Assembly: GCA_002269645.1 (NCBI GenBank)
Contig: NIVC01002967.1
Span: forward strand, 1-64,000
Origin: Macrostomum lignano
Lineage: Eukaryota
DNA: 64,000 nucleotides
Direction: 5' to 3'
The first letter of the stretch is position 1. Each line of letters begins with the position of its first letter. Both the position numbers and the translations under genes were made by a program. Under the pieces are notes generated by a model. It was not told the origin of the DNA. It saw nothing but the letters and a program-made list of their open reading frames with translations, and did no database searches. Below are positions 33,870 through 45,833 of the stretch, piece by piece.

Positions 33870-35190
33870 CTGTTTGGCGTGGCTCGGCACTTTGCTCTTA
33901 TGACGGGTGGCTCCGCGCCTCCCAGACGTGGCCCGTATTCTTTGGAGTTCTGTACGGGTTTGCCGGTTTCAGGCCAGAAAACCGGGTGGACTGTTGCGGT
34001 TGATCTGGGTGGTGTGTGTCGGTCCCCCGGGTGGCAGCCGGGGGTGGGGTGTGGCGCGTGCTTGGTGTCTGTCCTCTTTCTTCCTTCTTCATTTTGCCTT
34101 CCTCTTTGCTTCTCTAATGTACTGTGTCATTTTTCCTAACCCATCTGCGACGGGCTCTGGGCCATCTTACTACTGTTTTTGCTTTTTCTCTGTTCTTTGG
34201 CTCGCACCTTTTGATTGTTGCATCTCTCTTCTTTGTTTTGCGCCTCCGTCGTCTGTGTTTCGGCTGTTATTTTCCTCCTTCCTCCTTCCCCTACGGTATA
34301 GCGCGCCATCCACCTGCCGTGTTCTCTCCTTTCTCTCCTTAGTTGCCTGTGCGCTTATTGCCTACTTCGTGCTGGTCCAACGTAGGGGCGGTGGCGGCGG
34401 CGGTCTGCGGCGTCGTCAGGCTCGCGCGAGACAGCGGCTTCCTAGCGCCAGGCTCCCGGTTATAGTCTGCTATCCGTCAGGCTCTGTAGGGACATTTTTT
34501 GTAGTTTGGTGACTTCCGCCTACTCATAGTAGCCCATCTAGCATTTTGCAATAGTTTTTTTATAGTTTTAATTTATCTTATAGTTTTACTAAGTAGTCCC
34601 ATGGAAGTTGACCGAGAAAACCCAAAGCGCTCTGCTGCTGATACCGAATCCCCTAACCTAGCTCCAAAAAGCCTAATGTCAGGGCCTCAATGAGCTCCCG
34701 GATTCCCACCAGCACTCACCAAAGAGCCTCAGAGTCTCAGCAAACATTTGCGAGCCTAAAGACGACTACGACTGCGTCAGAAACAGCATCAACGGTCGCC
34801 TCGGCCAAATCCAGGTTGTCCATAGCTGCAAACCATCCTCTGCCATCCGACGACTGCTCGACTCCAGGTGAGGTCTCCCCGGGGTCAGGCTCTGGCACTG
34901 GTACTAAAACGGTTCAAGTAGACATGACTGCTAAACAAGTAATCAATCTGGGTCACAACTTTGGCCAGCTCAGGTACTTACCTCAAGCCCTAGCTAAAAC
35001 TGAAAACGATCTCAAGAAAATCATCATGAATGAGATTCACCCTGTTGCGTTTCACCACCAAACCAACGGGCGCCCAGAAAAGCGTAAGGTAGTATGGTTT
35101 GGGCCGGGTATACCTATGGCAACGGCCTGCCATACGCTTCAGGTCACAGGACTCTTCAGGTCAGGTCACACGTTTTCTGTTTAATCTGCT
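33870..35190 (+). mobile_element. Jockey/I-like LINE 5' fragment (UTR + start of ORF1), truncated
   Basis: 5' UTR and MEVDRENPKRSAADTESP (ATG ~34601) resemble the LINE at 51430 onward (gcgccaggctccc..ttatag; MEVEANSKRSASRDTDSP). Confidence 0.65.
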
Positions 35191-36223
35191 TGTTGGTTGG
35201 TTACTTTTCTTATTTTTAGTTAAATGCTCTTTTTGTAGGCATTTTAAAAGCAATACATCTAAAGCATTCATTGAAAGCACTTACGCTTTCACAAGCTCGA
35301 AACTTATTTTCCTTTAAGTGAACAAAATGAGGGACATAAATACCCTGCTCACTTCTTGTCGGATGTAGATTACACGAAAGGCAACCATCAGCAATCAGCA
35401 ATGATACTACTCTAAGTACGACGGTAAGAACATACATTTTACCGCCTTGCTTTGATATTGCTTAAAGAAAGAATAGTTTGCCTTTCAAACAAAAAAGCTA
35501 TTATATTATTGAAATGTTTGAGGTAAAGTATTATCTTTTACTGCCTATTCGATGCACGACGTTTTGAGTTTTAGACAGTCTTTTTTGAGAAATATTTAAT
35601 TAACATAGCTGCTTTAAGAAGAAATCCTTGATTTATGATTACAACTGTCTAATTATGGACTTATCACGCAAAGTTGCCTTGACTTATCTAGGCAGGCAAA
35701 GTGATTATCTGTTTACTGCAAAGTCGTATCCAATGGCTTCACGAGCCTGCGGGTGTTACGCCGTTCTTTAGAAGTTAAGAGTCTAGAATAGTTTTTATGT
35801 TCTGTGCAACATGTTAAAACTCTTGTCTCTAAATATTGGCAACAGAATTGGAACGACGCAAATGTAATTAATGACTTGATTTACTATTATTCCACTATTC
35901 GACTATATATACACTTTCGTAGGGCTATTACTGTTACTCTTTTCTTTCTTCTTCTTTCTTTTCTTTTATATATATTAATTTTATAGATTTATATATATAG
36001 AAGAATATATATCTTCTTTTATATATTCTTTTAATTATTATAAATTGTGGGACTATATGTTCAAGGTAGTGCATGCAGTAAGATTTGCAACTGAAATATA
36101 ACATCCGTTACCTTATATGTATTAAGTCACATTTGTATATACAACGTTGAACATTTTAATGAATCTCTGTTTATACGCATCCTTTATGAAACTTACAGCG
36201 CAATGTCAACTTTTAATTTTTAC

Positions 36224-36570
36224 CTCGGCTACGTCGGAGAGAGAAGCTTCGTCGGAGAAAGAGGCTACGTCGGAAAGAGAGGCTACGTCGGAGAGAGAGG
36301 CTACGTCGGAGAGAGAGGCTACGGCGGAGAGAGAAGCTACGTCGGAGAGAGAGGCTACGTCGGAGAGAGATGCTAGGTCGGAGAGAGGTTACGTCGGAGA
36401 GAGGCTACGGCGGAGAGAGAGGCTACGGCGGAGAGAGAAACTACGGCGGAGGCTACGGTGGCGAAGGCAGCAACCGCCGCGGGGGCGATTTCGACTTGAA
36501 TACCGGCCGGTTGGCCACCATCTGGTGCTACCGGTGCCGGGGTGTCGGTAGGATGTGCCCGACTGGTGTA
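36224..36570 (+). repeat. 18-bp minisatellite (ggctacgtcggagagaga) running into a degenerate Gag zinc-knuckle remnant
   Basis: RGYGGE repeats followed by CYRCRGVGRMCP in ORF 36370-36675. Confidence 0.65.
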
Positions 36571-36605
36571 AAACGATTGAAACGAGTAAGCATAGCAATT
36601 GCCTT

Positions 36606-36766
36606 TGTAGTAGGGCATTATTTTAGGAACGGGACTAGTTGCGGGGAAATACGCTTTTTTGCCTACAATCAGTAGTTTTAACCCGGGGAAATAATTAGAG
36701 CAGGGGTAAATCGCTAGTTTTCGGGATCCTTTAGAACTACAGAGCAGTTGGGCTCTTGGAAAAGCA
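36606..36766 (+). repeat. 161-bp TGT-starting segment homologous to the Gypsy 3' LTR start at 51266-51426
   Basis: Colinear match from tgta.tagggc to gagcag.gggctctt.ggaaagca. Confidence 0.85.
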
Positions 36767-36769
36767 TCC

Positions 36770-39700
36770 TGCTTGCGCGTCTTGCGAATAACAAGGACTA
36801 ACAAGCCTGCCAGCGAAGATGTAAGCACAGTGTCCCAGGAGTCGGCGTCCAGGAGGGTGTACGCATCTCACTCACCTTTAGGGTAACCCATCCACCTGGC
36901 GTCGGCACACCGGGGCACGGAGGCGCGACAGCGGCAGCAGCACCCGTCGGGGATGGGCCTGGCAGAGGCGGGGCGGACTCCAATTCTGCTAGGTCGGGCC
37001 CCCGGACGAGCGTGGCGACCGGGCAACCAGGCAGCAGTGGGGCGGCCAGCGCCCGGCCCTGCTGCGCTTGGCAGTTCCCGCAACCAAGTCCAAGACCGTA
37101 GCGGCAACGTTGGTGCGGGGCGCGGTGGCGCAGCTCAACGGTCTAACATCCAAGGGCGCTCATATGCGTCAGCTGCGGGTCAGAATATTAATAATCAAAT
37201 TAGGAATAATAATAATGCTGCACCAGGCCGGCAGAATGTAGTGCCAGTCGTCTTTACCTTCGACGGCGACACCGGCGACGGTAGCTTCAGCCAAATTAGC
37301 TTCCTCAAATGGTTTGCTTCAAACTTCCAGGGCAACGCCCGAGCTACGCTGACCAGGCCAGTAAATTCTAAGAACGGCTACCTTGTCTTCCTAGCGACGC
37401 CCAGAGATCATCAGATCTTCCTCCGAGGGCCGCTGAGGGAGCCGAACATAAATGGTGTACCAGTTAACCGTAGACTGCCTAATGCCAGACTAACGTATAA
37501 CAGACCAGCTCACCGGCCACCTCCAGTCCAATCGGTGCACTCTGTAGTAGTCCGGGGAGTGCCGGTCGAGATTGAGATGCCGGCGTTCATTCAGCACCTG
37601 CGTGTAGTGTGAGCATCTTTTGCGTATTCTATTAGTTAGGTTTTGCATTATTGTTATTGAATTATTATTTTGCTTCAATTTAGTCACGCGGTCTAATGTA
37701 CTTTTTTTCTTGTTAGTTAAAATCTAAATTTGTAAACAGGTTAGAAGTCAGACGCTAATTCTGTGACTCAGCGGAGGGTTGAGTTTTTCTGCGAACCCAA
37801 GCTTTGCGCGGCCAGCCAATCAGAACTGGCCTGGACCCTGGCACGCGGCAAGTTCCAATTCTACCCGGCGCCGCGGGCACAGTGCAAATCAGCTTAGCGG
37901 GCGGCCGGCCAGACGACCACCACCCGGCTTGAGGGGGGGTTTGAGGGTTTGACTCTGACTATATATGAAAGTGTGTTTGGCAATCGGATCTTGCCTTCTT
38001 ACCCCGGTTCTTGGTTTTGTCCAAGGCCACTTGCCCGATTGTTTGGTTCGCGCTTTGAGGCGCTTGAGTTCATCACCCCGGTGCATATTTTTGTCCCCGC
38101 CCGACCGCTTCAGCCTTGTAGCGTAACGCCTACGCAAATTTGTCTGAAGTCGTCGCTATCAAGCGCGGTTAGATAGAGACTGTCGGATTTGACCAAGTAC
38201 GTGGCCTCGATCCTAAGGGCCTCAGTGTCACACTGAAGGGCAGACTGATAGAATTTAGTCAGTGCTCCGTTGAACGGTCAATTCGGCAGGGCTCTCGTTG
38301 AGTGTAGGTTCTGGTTTAGGCCTGGGGTTAGGAGTCTTCTCTGTGGTCGTGCTCGGTTCTTCTTCTTTTTCTTCTTCAGCTGAGATCCGCTTGCCAGTTG
38401 CGTTATTAATTTATTATCGCTAATCGTTGTATCGTTATTACTCGTTATCATCAGTGTCAATTTATCTGCGCCGTGAATCGTATTGAGAATCTTGTAACTT
38501 TACTGATCAAATTAAACCGTCAATAAGATTTAGCTATTCTCATTAGGATTATCACTCTCTCTCTAAATCTATTCGGTTCGTGTTCCCTCGTGTTCTTTCT
38601 TTTCTTGTACTGTACCTGCGGCTATTGGAGAAAGACTGGTAGGACTCGCCGACAGGCGATAGGCAATTAGGGTCAATCGCTTTAAAATCTCTGACGCTCC
38701 AAAAATAGGTTTGTCTAGGGTCTAAATAATTGCTTACCGTGCATGCTATTTATCTAATTGCTTTTTATCACATGCGGGAGGACGTGGGCTTAAAGATTGT
38801 CTCCGCGAGCCGCATCACGTCGCGAGCGCGCAACGAGCCGACTCACCAGTCCGCCTATTCCTACCAAATAAAGCCACTGCGGATGCTTGCCTGGCGACAG
38901 GTATCGTATCGCAGTTCACGAGGTATGCCTGCGAACCAAGCAAGACGGCTGCTCCGGCTAGGGCGCTCCAGTGCCATAAGTGCCAGCGTTTCGGCCACAG
39001 CGCGAATCGGTGTCGTGCTGCTCCGCGCTGCAACATCTGTGCGGCGGCGCACCGCTGGCAGGAGTGCCCGAATCCGGACGCGGCCAAATGTGCGAACTGC
39101 GGCGAGGCCCATCGAGCCAATTACAGGAACTGCCCTGTAGCTGCTGAAAAGCACAGAAAGGTGGCCCGGCGTGCTGCAGCCTACCAAGCCGGCGCCAGGG
39201 AAGCCGCGGCAGCAGTGCAAGCAGCAACTCTGCCACCAGTTTTCGCAGCAGCAGCGACTGAGCGAGCTGCACCAACAATAGCGACGGTGTCGGCAGCAGC
39301 AGCAGCAGCGCCACCCGCCCCCGCACCGCGACCAGCTCCGGTGACTGCGCCTAGACCATTCGAGACCGCTGCACGGGCGTCAACGGCAACGGGGGGCACC
39401 GACGACGACTCGTCCTGGCTAACCGGCCCCGGCCTCCCTAGTCGAAAGCGCCCTGTGCGCGACTCGGTTGACTCCGTGACCCAGACGCAGTTGCCAAGTG
39501 ATCCGCCGCCAAGTAATGACGTGCTGCCTAACATGCTCGCTGCCATGGAAGCAATGGTGAGTGGGCTCCTTCCCAAGCTAGTTCAAGCGCTCGTAGAGGT
39601 GCTTACGATCTTCTTGCCGAGCCAGGCCGAACGGCCGCCTGCTACTGAAGGCACCGGTCAAACGCTGCAGGATGTAGTAGGTAGGGTTCTGGCCCGGGCC

Positions 39701-42700
39701 CTTGCAGGAGGGTCGGAAGGTCACAAAGGTCTCGGTCAGCTGCTTGGCGCCCCCCGGCGACAGGTGGATGGCCAGACCTAGAATGAAATAAATTAATAAT
39801 GTTCGGTAATAACGGGCACGATAGCTCTAACCCCACTGCCTCAGGGCTCAAGATCGCCCACCTGAACTGCAGGGGGATAATACCGAAATTAAAAGAACTC
39901 AGGCTCTGGGTCTCAGACCAGAAATTAGATATTGCGTTGTTCTCTGAGACCATCCTGAAAAATACTCAAGTATGCACATTTCCGGGCTATGCTGCAGTGC
40001 GGTTTGACCTTCCAAGTACGAAGCGCGGACTCCTCCTCGTACACACCCCACGGGTTAAGGTAGCTGATGTCCAGCTCTAGTACGACAACATTAACCATGA
40101 GGTTCTTACCTGCACAGTCACCCCTCTTGACGGCGCTTGCCCTGCTTTCAAACTGGCCTTGATCTATCGGTCTCCATAGCCGGACAACCTTGATGTCGGT
40201 CTTTTGACTCGGCTGTCCTCGGCCAAATACTCTCTTGTTATGGGTGACCTCAACGCCAGGCACAATTTCTTGGGGGGCGAGAGTCGCAATAAAATGGCTG
40301 GCCAACAGCTTCATGACTGGCTCTGCGGCGACCCTGCAAATCGTGCCACCGTTCTAAACCAACCAGGTCAGTTCACCAGAAAAGCCCATCGACAAAGAAC
40401 GGTCTCCCGGAATGTGCTGGACCTAGGTCTGGCCTCCAGTGACCTTGTCCCCTACATCCAGGACTTCAAAGTGGGTGACGACCTGAATAGCGACCACCTT
40501 CCAATTATTCTTACCTTGGCAAGCAACTCCACAGACTGGCAAGGGCCAGAGAAGGCTCGAAATTTTGCTAAAGCCAACTGGGAGGAGTTCCAAAATAGCC
40601 TTATGGAAAAGATAATCGACGCATGGCCTCCAGACCTTAGAACCAGGCAGCAAATTGATGCGGAGGTCGACTTCATCACCGGCGCGATCCAGTAAACTAT
40701 TGAAGAAAACGTCCCGGTCAGAAATAGCCGTAGAGCCCTCCCCAGAGGATCATTGCTATGATCAAGGAGAGAAGAAAGCTCCGGCGTCTGTACCATAGCA
40801 CCAGGGACGACAACTTCAGGCTCCTCGCGAATAGGAAGGCGAAGGAAATAAAAAGCGCCATTCATTCGTTTGAGCAGGGCCAATTCACCCAATTGTGCGA
40901 GAAAATAGTTGAGAAAAGTCAGTGTCGGAATGTCAAGGACTTCAGGCAGAACACAAAAAAATTAATGGGGCGCAAAAAGGGCACCACTATTCCGTCCCTG
41001 AATAATGATGGCGCCACCCTCGCACACACAGACTCTGACAAGGCTGATATGCTTGCGAGAGCCTTAGATGCCAAAATGCGCCCGATCCCGTCTACGGATG
41101 ACGAGCTGAAGAAGAAGGTTGAGCAGACTATGAAGCTCCCACTCTTCAGACCTGTCCCACCCAGCGCGGAACAGCACATGGGCCACCCCCTGGAGGCTAC
41201 TATCTCTTTTACAGATACCTCTTGGAGCTCGACCATCTAAAGGTAGACAGCGCTCCGGGCCTGGACAAGGTGCCAAACTGCGTCCTGAAATATGGCCTGG
41301 AGCCCATTGCGGTTACTCGCATAACCAAGCTCTTTAATGACTGTTACCGGACAGGCATCTTCCCATCGAAATGGAAGAAAGCAGTGGTCACCATGATTCC
41401 CAAACCGGACAAACCGCCTGAATCCCCGGGTTCCTATCGGCCCATCAGCCTGACCTCCTGCCTTGGCAAGGTTTTCGAGAAGCTATTGGTGAGGAGGCTG
41501 ATGAAGCATCTTGAGGGCCAAGATATCCTCGGTGCGGATCAGTGCGCCTACAGGAAGGTTCCATTCGACGTATGACAACCTCGTCCGCCTCGTCCAGGAC
41601 ATCCAGGTGGGCAAAGCCAAACTCAAAAGATTGCTGGCCATTCTCCTTGACGTACAAGCGGCGTTCGACTCTGTGTGGTATGACTTCCTAAGGTTCAGGA
41701 TGCATGAAGTCGACACGCCGGACGCCCTCGTCCGGATCTGCTCTGACTACATAGCAGATAGGCTAATGCAGGTGAAGGTCAACGGGGCGCTCAGCCAGCC
41801 GTACGAGTTGCAGGCGGGCGTCCCGCAGGGCGGCATTCTGAGCCCCTTCCTCTACCTGCTCTTTATCAGCACCATGCCACGGCCGCAACATTCAAATCTT
41901 AAACGCAGCCAATTCGCCGACGATATGGCCATCTGGTCCTCGGCGGACTCTTTTGCAGGCCTCAAAACGCTCCTGCAACCCTACCTTGACCAGGTTTGAA
42001 ACTGGTGTGGGGGGCAGGGGATCAAGATCAATGCCGGCAAGAGTCAGGCGATTGCGTTCAACTATAAGCCAACCCGGCGGCTTGATCTGCGCCCCAAGTT
42101 GAACCTTGGTGGCACAAGCCTTGAATACAAAGATGAAGTCCGGTTCCTCGGTATGAACCTGGACTACAGGCTGACCCTGAATTCTCATATCGAAAGAGTT
42201 GTCAGCCATGGCCGGGCGCTTGCCTTGTCGATTAACCGCATTGCCAAGCTAACCCGGCTAAGCAGCAATACCCTAAAGATGCTATATAGGGCCTACGTGG
42301 AGAGCGTGCTGACATACGGCGCCCCCGTACTCAACATCATCGCCCCTAGCAACCTCAACAAGTTGCAAAAATCCAAAACCTAGCCCTTAGGATATGCTAC
42401 GGTGCCCCCAGTTACACGCAGGTGGCCTACCTTCATGAGATTGCGGCTGTCCCCATGCTGGCCGATAGGATCCGGGCCCTTCGCGTAGGATGGCTGTCCA
42501 AGGTGAAGGCCGCTGGGCACCACGACTTTCATATCGAGCCGGAGCTTCCTAGAGCGGCTTGAAATCGTCTTCCAGTGCTGAACCTCTTGTGGGACAGCCT
42601 AAAACGGAGGCATGCCAATAGGTTAGCGGCAGCAAATGCGGCGGCCCGCATTGCCAACAACCCGCCCTAAAGCTGACCCCTATGTAGGCTCCAAACTAGG

Positions 42701-43535
42701 TTGCGCATGCTAAGCCATCGGCTTTCCCCCCTCTCTGATGTCCAAGTCCTCTTCGTCTTTCCCCAATCTTCAATATTCAAAAAGCCACAAAAATGCTTGC
42801 TTTACTTCCTTGCCTTCTTCCCACTGTCTCCTTTTTGATAGCCGTGTGTCAGCGCAGATAAAACTTATACCCAAAACTTGCTGCTAAATATAAAAAATCG
42901 GACAAATGCTTGGCTGGTTTGGGAGGGACCTATAAACCAGCTGCCAATTGGGGGTTTGAACCTCTTACCTGTGATCACCTTTTTTAAATTTTGCCGCACC
43001 GCCGTATTGCTTTTCTTTTTATATTTAGTACTGCTGTTTTATTTCCATAATCCAAAATATACACGCGTGCTTCTCTACATCCGGGCCCAATGCGTTTCTT
43101 TTATCCGGCTTTTGCCACTTTTATACACCAAAAATAATAGCTTTTACTCGTCTTATGTCGTCTTATACCTACTAAATTATTTTCTCGAATGGCTGCTACT
43201 TGTAGTAGCGTCTTTTACATTTTTCAAATACCTTTTCTCTTTCATTCACAATCAATGCCAAACAGTTTTAACTCTTAGTATCTCAAATAATGTCTGCACT
43301 ATTCCCCTTACCGTACGGTCCAGAACTTTGTGAGGACCCCCCTCTCTATTAGAATTCCCTCTATTTTATAGTGCAAAATATTTTAATCCTCAAATTGTAA
43401 ACATCAATATATATCGAATTTTTAACTTCGTATACCAATACTCATAATTTTAAAACAATAATACATCGGCAGAGCCCGAGCTCGGGCTGAACCGAGGTGC
43501 CCCTTCTTAGCACCGTCGTTTAACAACAACAACAA
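36770..43535 (+). mobile_element. Near full-length Jockey/I-like LINE (ORF1 with three CCHC knuckles, ORF2 APE-RT), pseudogenised, (CAA)n tail
   Basis: ORF1 36953-39781 (CHKCQRFGH, CNIC, CANCGEAH); ORF2 39799-~42670 (HLNCRG, SET, GDLNA, SDH, QGGILSP, QFADD) with stops; tail at 43522-43535. Confidence 0.92.
37603..38772. mobile_element. Solo LTR (1170 bp) inserted in LINE ORF1
   Basis: TGT...ACA ends and 4-bp TSD TGCG; removing it restores HL-REDVGLK; internal CCAAT (37817) and TATA (37960). Confidence 0.85.
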
Positions 43536-45702
43536 GGAATTCGGTAAGAAAAAGGGCAATAAAGGGGAAACTAAATAGGAATTGCACAAGAGGAGTCTTG
43601 CCTCTGAATTACCGGGAGTCTTGCCCAAGCACAATTAATGGAAATATGAATTAAGGGGAATTAATGTAACCAACTGTTTTGTACGTTAAAACAAAACTTG
43701 TGTTACTAGAAATCTCATTGGTATCCTGACTCAATTCTTCAACTCTAAATACAGGAATTAGGGAAAGCAGGATCCTGGTGGCAGCGAAATCTACCAATAT
43801 ACCCCGAAAATCCAGTAAGTTCTAAAGTAGACAAAAGCAGTAAGCCTAGACTGCAGGTACCACGCTTGTCCAATTGGTGGCAGTGTAGAGGATTAGAATA
43901 CCCGAGAAGCGCATACATTGGAATGGAGAAAGGATTAGTGGATTAGTAAAGGATTAACGGATTAACTCTAAAACTAACACAAATTTACTAATCAGGTTCT
44001 AAATTAGATATTTAATGCACTTGGTCAGTTGGTCTAAGATAGTCTAATCTTAGATTAACGGATTAACGGATTAGGAACGGATTAACGCTCCTGAAAGGAA
44101 TTTTAACTTAGTTTCTTCACTAGAAGATTAGTAAGCTCTCAATTTAGACCAGAAGTAAGGCGGAAGTAATAAAACTAGAGTCACACTGCTGTTTTATTAA
44201 CTAAAGTCTTACCATAAGGCAAATTAGCAGCTAAATTTGGAGTCTTGCCAATTTACTGACAGAAATTATTAAACCAGAAGCGTTAATTCCAAAATCCAAC
44301 CTAAATTAAACTCATATGGAAGCTAATGATGGACACATTAAGATCCAAAAGTACACGCCTAATCAGGATATAGGCGTATGGATTCAGGCTTTTGAGCAGA
44401 GGTGTATCGCAGACGAGATACCCCCAGCTGAGTGGAAGAATGAGCTACTGTCTAACCTAGATGGGGTCAGTCAGCGTTCGCTATCGTGACAAGGCTAAAT
44501 TTAGACCCTAATCTTCCATACGCAGAATTTAAGGATAGACTGATTGAGCGATTCACGCATGTAGGTAGTGCTCAAGAAGCTAGGGAAGAGTTCCGTAGTA
44601 GGTTCCAGTGTAAAACCGAAAGCACTGATGACTACGCTGAAAAGCTGACAGAGCTAGCATGCAGGGCGTTTCCCCATCTAACTAACGATCAGAGACAGGA
44701 AGAGGTGGTGGAACAATTTATTAGAGGTGTTAGGGTCGCCCCAGAGACTAGAGAGAAGTTACTGCTAGCTCAGGCGAACTCGCTTCAAGAGACACGTCGA
44801 GTCTTGCGACGTATCGAAATGGCGTACGCCATGTCTCGCCGAGGTAGAGACCCGCAGCAGTGTAAGGCAACTGGAGGAGAAGAAGCTAAGAATAGCTTGA
44901 AGGAATTAGTCCGCAAACAGGGTGAGGCGCTAGAAAACCAGCAGAAGGTGCTTCGGGAGTTACTCCGACACTACCAGAGTGTTGAGCAAAAGGTAAAGCA
45001 GCAGCAGCCGTCAGGTCAGCCGCAGCAAGGCCAGAATCAGCAGAGGCGTACCCCAGTTAAGTGCAACCGGTGTGGCAAGCTAGGTCACATAGATAAGAAT
45101 TGCAGACAGCCATATCCTCAGAACCAGCTTAGGTACCCGGCTCAGCAGCAGATGCAGTATTAGCAGCCGCAGTATCAGCAGCCGATGTACCCACAGCAAG
45201 CAAATGCAGCCGCAGCCGCATTACCCTCAGCAGCAGAATTCGGGAAACGGAGTAGACGGAAGCGTCGGAGGCAGCGCTTTCCAGCAGTAGATCCCTCACA
45301 GTCTGTAGCCTCACAACCTGTAAATAGCAGCGATACTTTTTCTGTAAATAGTGAATTGAATTCTTCAGTGTATAACAGCCAAAATCAGCCAAACATTTAC
45401 TCTCAGCACTTTTCAAACGCACCACAACAGGAACCTTATTCTGGCAAGCAGCAGCTAAAACAACCAAAACTAATTGAACAAACTAAAAAGCAAAGTTACG
45501 ATTTGTACATCACTGGCAGCATTTTAAATAAGGAAATAGTTTATCTATTAGACACTGGCAGTAATAGAAATATCTTAGCACGCGAAACCTGGAAGCAGCT
45601 TTTCACTGGCAAGAATAGGCATCTAATTAAGCATTGGGACAATAGAATTGTTTCTTTTATGGAAGAGCCTATTCCAATTAACGGTTTCGTAGTTATTAAG
45701 GC

Positions 45703-45833
45703 TTTCGTAGTTTGTGTACGGATTCACAAACTAATGAATCCGAAAATCAACATTGTGTGAGTAACGACGCGTTTCGCACTCAGGATTTTCGGATTCATTT
45801 TCCTTTTACTAGCCAAGCGAGCTACACTACCCG
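45703..45833. mobile_element. 131-bp hairpin insertion in the Gypsy protease, Penelope-pLTR-related
   Basis: 5-bp duplication AAGGC (45698-45702/45834-45838); removal restores NGFVVIKA-TFGDFEEEV; contains tccgaaaatcaacat..cgacgcgtttcgcac as at 14695-14732. Confidence 0.75.
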
